In this document: in pieces, positions 58,849 to 64,000 of the stretch
How positions within the stretch are numbered: the first letter of the stretch is position 1
Layout: every line of letters starts with the position of its first letter
IMG/VR virus record: IMGVR_UViG_3300032219_002227
Coordinates: 96,001-160,000 of that record
Direction: 5' to 3' (one strand)
From: a virus
Taxonomy: Duplodnaviria; Caudoviricetes
DNA length: 64,000 nucleotides
Notes under the pieces: model-generated
Databases searched by the model: none
Told to the model about the DNA's origin: nothing
Seen by the model: the letters and a program-made list of their open reading frames with translations, nothing else
Made by a program: the position numbers and the translations under genes

Positions 58849-59169
58849 ATGTTACAAGTTATTATTGTTCTTGCTTTAGCCGTAGCTGCATTCATTGCTT
58901 TCTCTCTTAGAAAAAAATCATCTCATGATGATGTAAAAACATCTGGTCCTGTTAACCCAATTGTAGTTGAAAATGCAACTCCTGACCCAACAGTATTTGT
59001 TCCAGTAGTAGAAGAACCAGTAGCTACTCCAGAACAAAAAGCAGAAAGAAAAGCAAATGCTGCTAAACAAGGAGCCGCTAAACAAGGAACCGCTAAACAA
59101 GGAACCTCTAAACAAGGAACTGCTAAACAAAGTGCTGTTAAAAAAACAGTTGTTAAAAAAACTAAGTAA
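58849..59169 (+). CDS. Membrane-anchored protein with Pro-rich linker and basic KQG repeats
   Basis: N-terminal TM helix; (A/T)(A/S)KQ(G/S) x5. Confidence 0.7.
   Translation: MLQVIIVLALAVAAFIAFSLRKKSSHDDVKTSGPVNPIVVENATPDPTVFVPVVEEPVATPEQKAERKANAAKQGAAKQGTAKQGTSKQGTAKQSAVKKTVVKKTK
59059..59133 (+). repeat. 15-bp tandem repeat x5
   Basis: gctgctaaacaagga/gccgctaaacaagga/accgctaaacaagga/acctctaaacaagga/actgctaaacaaagt. Confidence 0.9.
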
Positions 59170-59174
59170 TTAGT

Positions 59175-59636
59175 ATGGAAAAAGTTACGTTAAAATTACA
59201 AGAATTTTATTCTTTAGAAAGTGAACTAAATGGAGTAGCTAACAACCAAACTGGTGAAACTACATCTAAAGGTCTATTATCTGAAAAAATTAAACTTACT
59301 ACTAAGTATTGGCTGTATGATCTTTTTAAAAAAGTTTCTACTGAGAAAGAATCAATAGAAAAACTTAGGGAAGAACTAATCAAAAAATACGGTGTTGAAA
59401 AAGACGGTGCTGTTAGCATCCCTGTTTATATCAATGAAGTAATTGATGATGATACTAAAGAAATAATTTCTCGTGAAATAAATCCTAGTTTTGTCTTATT
59501 TCAAAATGACTTTAATTCATTACTTCAAGAAGAACGTGAATTAGAATATCATCCATTCAAATTAGCAGAATTTGAAAATGTAGAAACAAATGGTGTCTAT
59601 ACTACTTTCTTCAAATTAATTAAAATTGATGAATAA
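59175..59636 (+). CDS. Hypothetical helical protein (DUF1617-like)
   Basis: KYWL..L...V..E....EKLREELIKKYG...F..LL.EE.EL. Confidence 0.55.
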   Translation: MEKVTLKLQEFYSLESELNGVANNQTGETTSKGLLSEKIKLTTKYWLYDLFKKVSTEKESIEKLREELIKKYGVEKDGAVSIPVYINEVIDDDTKEIISREINPSFVLFQNDFNSLLQEERELEYHPFKLAEFENVETNGVYTTFFKLIKIDE

Positions 59637-59859
59637 AATTTCAGAAATATTTCAAGCGTGGGTAACAGCAGCTAATCCAACATCTGAAGAACAAGCACTG
59701 GCTGAATATAGATCTGGTATTTGTGATTCATGTGATAAAAAAACTCATGTTCCTGCACTTAATATATTAGTATGCAGTGAATGTGGCTGTCCACTAAGTA
59801 AAAAAGTATTTAGTCCTAGAGGTCCTGAAGCTTGCCCATTAGCTAAATGGGAAAAATAA
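59626..59859 (+). CDS. Small Zn-binding protein (CxxC...CxxCGC...CP..KW)
   Basis: R..ICDSC...CSECGCPL.KK...CPLAKW. Confidence 0.7.
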   Translation: MMNKISEIFQAWVTAANPTSEEQALAEYRSGICDSCDKKTHVPALNILVCSECGCPLSKKVFSPRGPEACPLAKWEK

Positions 59860-59866
59860 AAACGTT

Positions 59867-60133
59867 ATGGCACAATTAACACAAGAAGAATTACAACCAG
59901 TTAGAGATTTACAATCAAAGTACAACCAAACCTTATTTGAAATTGGTGTAGCTGAAGCACAGCGCTTAGCATTGTTAGAACAAGTTGAAAAACTTGAATC
60001 TAGTAAAAAAGCATTATTAGGTGATTTAGCTACAATCGAACAAAAAGAAAATGAACTAACTAAATCTCTTCAGGAAAAGTATGGTACTGGCTCAATTAAT
60101 TCAGAAACCGGGGAAATCACACCTATTCAATAA
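59867..60133 (+). CDS. Coiled-coil protein
   Basis: LT.EEL; coiled coil; LQEKYG.GSIN.ETGEI. Confidence 0.7.
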   Translation: MAQLTQEELQPVRDLQSKYNQTLFEIGVAEAQRLALLEQVEKLESSKKALLGDLATIEQKENELTKSLQEKYGTGSINSETGEITPIQ

Positions 60134-60210
60134 TAGTTCCGCGTTTTATAATAGTTTTTAGATATTTATCGATAGGTCAATCCTATTAAATTTCAAAAAC
60201 AATTATAAAA

Positions 60211-61941
60211 ATGGGCGAAAAAATTTTATCTCCTGGTGTATTCCAAAATGAATCAGATCAATCGCTGGTTCAAAGAGGCATTGTAGGTTCAGCAACAGCT
60301 ATTGTTGGTCCAACTGTATTAGGCCAACCATATGTTCCTACCTATGTTACTTCATATAGTGAATATGTATCTAAATTTGGAGAATCATTTAAAAGTGGTA
60401 GTTATTATTACGAATACTTTACATCATTAACCGCTAAAGATTTCTTCCAAAATGGCGGTCAAACCTTACTTGTTACTAGAATAATTAACGGCAGCGGCAG
60501 CGCAACTGTAAGTACTTATGCTAGCGCTTCTGTTCGTTCTATATTACACCCAGACTCATCATCATTTGTTCTTGAAACTTTAGCTTGGGGTGATATTTTA
60601 AATAACGTTGGTCCTATTGTAAGTGGTGCTTTAGAAAGTGGAAGTGCTTCTAACGTTCGTTGGGAAATAACTAATGTAAATACAAGCAGTGGTGTATTTA
60701 ATCTAGCTATTCGTTTAGGTAATGACAATACTGCTCAACCTAACTATATCGAAACATGGCCTAATTTATCATTAGACCCAGCATTACCTAACTTTATTTC
60801 TCGCGTGATTGGTGATATTAAACCAGTTTATCGTGAAGATAGTAACTTTGTTCCGTATATTGATTTTACAGGTTCTTATGCTAATGCTTCTCAGTATGTG
60901 CGTGTTAAATCAGTAAATAATATTCAAGTAGACTCTATTGATAATAATGGTAATTTTAAATCAGGATCTTATGCAACTGGATTACCTCAAGCAGGTAGTG
61001 GTTCATTAGCTGGTGCTTTTGCAGGTGGTATAGCAGCTACAAGTACTCAAGCATTAATGAATGAAGCTATTACTACAAGTAATATTCAAGGATTTTCACC
61101 AGTAAATTATATTAGTGCTTTTAATTTATTATCAAATCAAGACGAATACAGATTTAATGTATTATTAGCTCCTGGTATTTCATTAGATAATAGTGCTGCA
61201 TCTACTATGATTTCTACTTGTGAAGGTAGAGGCGATGCAATTGCTGTTTTAGATACTAAAATATACGGTGCAAATATTACATCAGCTGCTAACGCTGCTG
61301 CTGGTCAATCTAGTAATTATGCTACAACATATTGGCCTTGGGTTCAATTGTTTAGCTCAACATTAGGAAAATCAGTATGGTGTCCTCCAACTACAGTAAT
61401 TGGTGGTGTTTATGCATTTAATGATCAAGTTGCTGCTAGCTGGTTTGCTCCTGCAGGTTTAAACCGTGGTGGTGTTCCTTCAGTATTACGTGCTGAAAGA
61501 AAATTATCTCAAAATGATCGTGATTTATTATATCAAGCAAATGTTAATCCATTAGCTACATTCCCTGGAGAAGGTGTTGTAGTATTTGGTCAGAAAACAT
61601 TGCAGAAAAAATCAACAGCTCTTGACCGCGTAAATGTTCGTCGTTTATTGATTGCATTGAAAGATTATATTGGTCAAGTAGGTAATAACTTAGTATTTGA
61701 ACAAAATACAAATGTAACTCGTAATAGATTCTTATCTCAAGTTAACCCATATCTTGAATCAGTAGTACAACGTCAAGGCTTATATGCTTATAAGGTAGTA
61801 ATGGATGATTCCAACAACACACCTGATGTAATCGATAGAAATCAATTAGTAGGTCAGATTTATATTCAACCAACTAAAACTGCTGAATTCATTATCTTGA
61901 ACTTTAACGTACAACCAACTGGCGCTACATTCCCTGCATAG
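60211..61941 (+). CDS. Contractile tail sheath protein (T4 gp18-like)
   Basis: SPGV...E.D, YWPWV, WFAPAGLNRG, VNP, GQKTL, RVNVRRL, FEQN, EFI.LNF. Confidence 0.96.
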   Translation: MGEKILSPGVFQNESDQSLVQRGIVGSATAIVGPTVLGQPYVPTYVTSYSEYVSKFGESFKSGSYYYEYFTSLTAKDFFQNGGQTLLVTRIINGSGSATVSTYASASVRSILHPDSSSFVLETLAWGDILNNVGPIVSGALESGSASNVRWEITNVNTSSGVFNLAIRLGNDNTAQPNYIETWPNLSLDPALPNFISRVIGDIKPVYREDSNFVPYIDFTGSYANASQYVRVKSVNNIQVDSIDNNGNFKSGSYATGLPQAGSGSLAGAFAGGIAATSTQALMNEAITTSNIQGFSPVNYISAFNLLSNQDEYRFNVLLAPGISLDNSAASTMISTCEGRGDAIAVLDTKIYGANITSAANAAAGQSSNYATTYWPWVQLFSSTLGKSVWCPPTTVIGGVYAFNDQVAASWFAPAGLNRGGVPSVLRAERKLSQNDRDLLYQANVNPLATFPGEGVVVFGQKTLQKKSTALDRVNVRRLLIALKDYIGQVGNNLVFEQNTNVTRNRFLSQVNPYLESVVQRQGLYAYKVVMDDSNNTPDVIDRNQLVGQIYIQPTKTAEFIILNFNVQPTGATFPA

Positions 61942-61990
61942 GGGAATGTAGTTGCTAATATTTATTAATAGCAATAAAACACAACATAAA

Positions 61991-62476
61991 ATGGCAGTAT
62001 TAGACGCTAACGAAATAATGTTTACAGCATTCGAACCTAAAGTTCAGAATCGCTTTATCATGTATGTCGATGGTATTCCAGCATATTTGATTAAAGCAGC
62101 AGCCGCTCCTGGATTTGAAGCTGGTGAGATTATTTTAGATCACATCAACGTTTACCGTAAAGTAAAAGGTAAAGTTAGATGGAATGATATGCAATTAAGT
62201 TTATACGATCCCGTAACTCCATCTGGTGCACAAGCCGTAATGGAATGGGCTCGTTTAGCACACGAATCAGTAACAGGCCGCGATGGTTACTCTGATTTCT
62301 ACAAGAAAGATTTAACATTAGATATTTTAGGACCAGTAGGTGATGTAGTAGGTGAATGGATTATTAAAGGCGCTTATGTAAAAACAGCTACATTCGGTGA
62401 ATACGATTGGGCTAACGAAGCAGCTATTAACTTAACCGTTAACATTGCTATGGATTATTGTGTACTCAACTTCTAA
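61991..62476 (+). CDS. Tail tube protein (T4 gp19-like)
   Basis: FEPK..NRF, KGK..W, QAVMEW, YKKD..L..LGP.G..V.EW...GA; ATG 61991 preferred over TTG 61952. Confidence 0.92.
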   Translation: MAVLDANEIMFTAFEPKVQNRFIMYVDGIPAYLIKAAAAPGFEAGEIILDHINVYRKVKGKVRWNDMQLSLYDPVTPSGAQAVMEWARLAHESVTGRDGYSDFYKKDLTLDILGPVGDVVGEWIIKGAYVKTATFGEYDWANEAAINLTVNIAMDYCVLNF

Positions 62477-62500
62477 TCTACATTTCATATTTTTTTCTTT

Positions 62501-62529
62501 AAGTGTCTGCTTTCGCAGACACTTTTTTT
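62501..62529 (+). terminator. Intrinsic terminator
   Basis: AAGTGTCTGC-TTTC-GCAGACACTT followed by a T-run. Confidence 0.85.
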
Positions 62530-62565
62530 CTGCGTATATTTATATATATAAAAATAAAATAGTTT

Positions 62566-63303
62566 ATGGCCGAATTAAAAATCCCAACAGAAACAGTTTC
62601 GTTACCTTCAAAAGGATTATTGTATCCCGAGACATCACCACTCGCTAAAGGTGAAATTGAAATGAAATATATGACAGCAAGAGAAGAAGATATTCTTACT
62701 AATGCTAACTATATTCGTCAAGGTACTGTAATTGATAAGTTACTCCAATCATTAATTATTACATCAATCGATTATAATGAATTATTAATTGGTGATAAAA
62801 ACGCAATTATCATCGCAGCTCGTGTTTTAGGTTATGGTAAAGATTATAAATTTAATTATGGGGGAAAAGAATACACAGCAGATTTATCTAAATTAGAAGA
62901 TAAAAAAGTTGATTATTCATTATTTAAAAGAGGAATGAATGAATTTTCATTTACTCTACCTCAATCAGGTAATAATGTTACTTTTAAGTTACTTACTCAT
63001 GGTGATGAACAAAAAATAGAAGCTGAAATTAAAGGCTTACAAAAAATTAATCCTAATTCATCTCCAGATCTTACTACTCGTTTAAAATATATGATTACCT
63101 CAGTTGAAGGTAGACGTGAACAAAAAGATATTCGTGATTTTGTTGATAATTATTTATTAGCTCAAGATTCAAGAGCATTACGTAAATACTACAACGAAAT
63201 AACACCAGATGTAGATACAATTCATTATCCTGAAGGCGATGACTATACAGAGGAGGGTATAGATATTCCGGTATCTATTAACTTTTTTTGGCCTGACGCC
63301 TAG
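62566..63303 (+). CDS. Baseplate hub / tail assembly chaperone (T4 gp26-like)
   Basis: V.LPSKG..YP, MTAREEDIL, GD.NAI...AR..GYG, FKLLTHGDE, C-terminal FFWP. Confidence 0.75.
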   Translation: MAELKIPTETVSLPSKGLLYPETSPLAKGEIEMKYMTAREEDILTNANYIRQGTVIDKLLQSLIITSIDYNELLIGDKNAIIIAARVLGYGKDYKFNYGGKEYTADLSKLEDKKVDYSLFKRGMNEFSFTLPQSGNNVTFKLLTHGDEQKIEAEIKGLQKINPNSSPDLTTRLKYMITSVEGRREQKDIRDFVDNYLLAQDSRALRKYYNEITPDVDTIHYPEGDDYTEEGIDIPVSINFFWPDA

Positions 63304-63571
63304 TTATAGACTGCAGTTATTTTCTCAAATACATGAAATAGTATTTCATGGAAATGGTGGGTATGATTGGAATACTATATATAATATGCCCATATGGTTG
63401 CGTAGATTTACGTTTGAAACATTAAAGGAGCATTATGAAAAACAAAGAGAAGAAGCAGAAAAACAACAAAATCTATTAAGAAATACAGCACCCAATGAAA
63501 TAGCACGACCAAATGTATCTTCTGCTAATACTAAAAAACCCACATATGTAGCTAAAGCGCCCAAGAAATAG
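63284..63571 (+). CDS. gp51-like chaperone extension, probably reached by a +1/-2 frameshift from the upstream gene (ATG 63386 would truncate it)
   Basis: Frame is open from the T7 run: GLTPSYRLQLFSQIHEIVFHGNGGYDWNTIYNMPIWLRRF... Confidence 0.65.
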   Translation, partial: FFGLTPSYRLQLFSQIHEIVFHGNGGYDWNTIYNMPIWLRRFTFETLKEHYEKQREEAEKQQNLLRNTAPNEIARPNVSSANTKKPTYVAKAPKK

Positions 63572-63580
63572 GGCGCTTTA
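63554..63580 (+). terminator. Hairpin, probable terminator
   Basis: AAAGCGCCC-AAGAAATA-GGGCGCTTT spanning the stop codon. Confidence 0.65.
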
Positions 63581-63606
63581 ATATTTATACGTAGTATTGT
63601 TTACTT

Positions 63607-64000
63607 ATGGATCCTAAAGAACAATTAGAACAACTCAGAAAACAGATAGATGATCTTAACAGACGAGTAGCATCGTTAGGAGGATCATTTTTTAAAGATG
63701 TAGACCAAGCTATAGCTAGTTTTGGAGGCGGTGTTGCTGGAGCAGAAGCTGCTTTAAAGTCTATTAGAAAAGAAATGAGTGGTTTAGATACTGATACTAA
63801 CTACTTTTATGAATCGTTAAAAAGAGTAACAGGGGAATTAAAAGGACAAAAAAGTTTTAATAGAGATATAACTGCTTCTTATTCTAAATTATCATCTATA
63901 GCAGGCAAATTAAAATTTGACCAGGATGGTATATCAGAATTATCTAAAAAAGATCTTGATACAATCAAGAAAAAAATTGGTGCTCAACGTACTGAATTAC
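63607..64000 (+). CDS. 5' part of probable tape measure protein (runs off the window)
   Basis: ATG 63607, open to the end: MDPKEQLEQLRKQIDDLNRRVASLGG..., helical; follows the tail chaperones; ATATTTAT at 63581. Confidence 0.6.
   Translation, partial: MDPKEQLEQLRKQIDDLNRRVASLGGSFFKDVDQAIASFGGGVAGAEAALKSIRKEMSGLDTDTNYFYESLKRVTGELKGQKSFNRDITASYSKLSSIAGKLKFDQDGISELSKKDLDTIKKKIGAQRTEL

Noticed and set aside
1268-60728. Minus-strand and nested alternative-frame ORFs in the track (e.g. 7707-7997, 26687-27001, 33700-34011, 42317-42679, 22146-22475)
   Set aside because: All overlap longer + strand genes with recognisable motifs and show shadow-ORF composition; no independent evidence.
31518-61990. 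TTG starts at 31518, 48961 and 61952 from the ORF track
   Set aside because: Downstream ATGs (31524, 49003, 61991) fit the conserved N-termini, promoter positions or gene spacing better.
1-64000. Stop-codon reassignment
   Set aside because: Conserved genes are intact in code 11, and TAG ends phoH, sheath and denV at the expected C-termini.

Overview
A 64-kb segment of a large, AT-rich T4-like myovirus (probably a jumbo phage; promoter and translation-start features point to a Bacteroidota host). Essentially all real genes are on the + strand and use the standard code. Layout: (i) 0.5-21 kb, small and medium proteins that mostly carry short Glu-terminated peptide tags, interleaved with accessory enzymes (HAD nucleotidase, ferritin/Dps-like, RNase H-like exonuclease, DenV, FAD oxidoreductase, NadR-like kinase, VWA-peptidase plus MoxR ATPase); (ii) 21-36 kb, head module (terminase, portal, prohead core, protease, scaffold, major capsid, PhoH, neck, tail terminator); (iii) 36-58.8 kb, an elaborate repeat-rich tail-fibre/lectin array; (iv) 60-64 kb, sheath, tube, tail chaperone and the start of a probable tape measure. 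Main candidate novelties: a multi-tag capsid-targeting and protease-release system on about 20 cargo proteins, one tag copying the scaffold C-terminus; a major-capsid insertion domain apparently copied into the neck protein; a +1/-2 slippery site joining the tail chaperone to a gp51-like ORF; an ATATTTAT promoter motif with leaderless genes and 5' hairpins; and several structured RNAs, including a pseudoknot-plus-terminator RNA. All family names come from motif recognition by eye; no searches were run.
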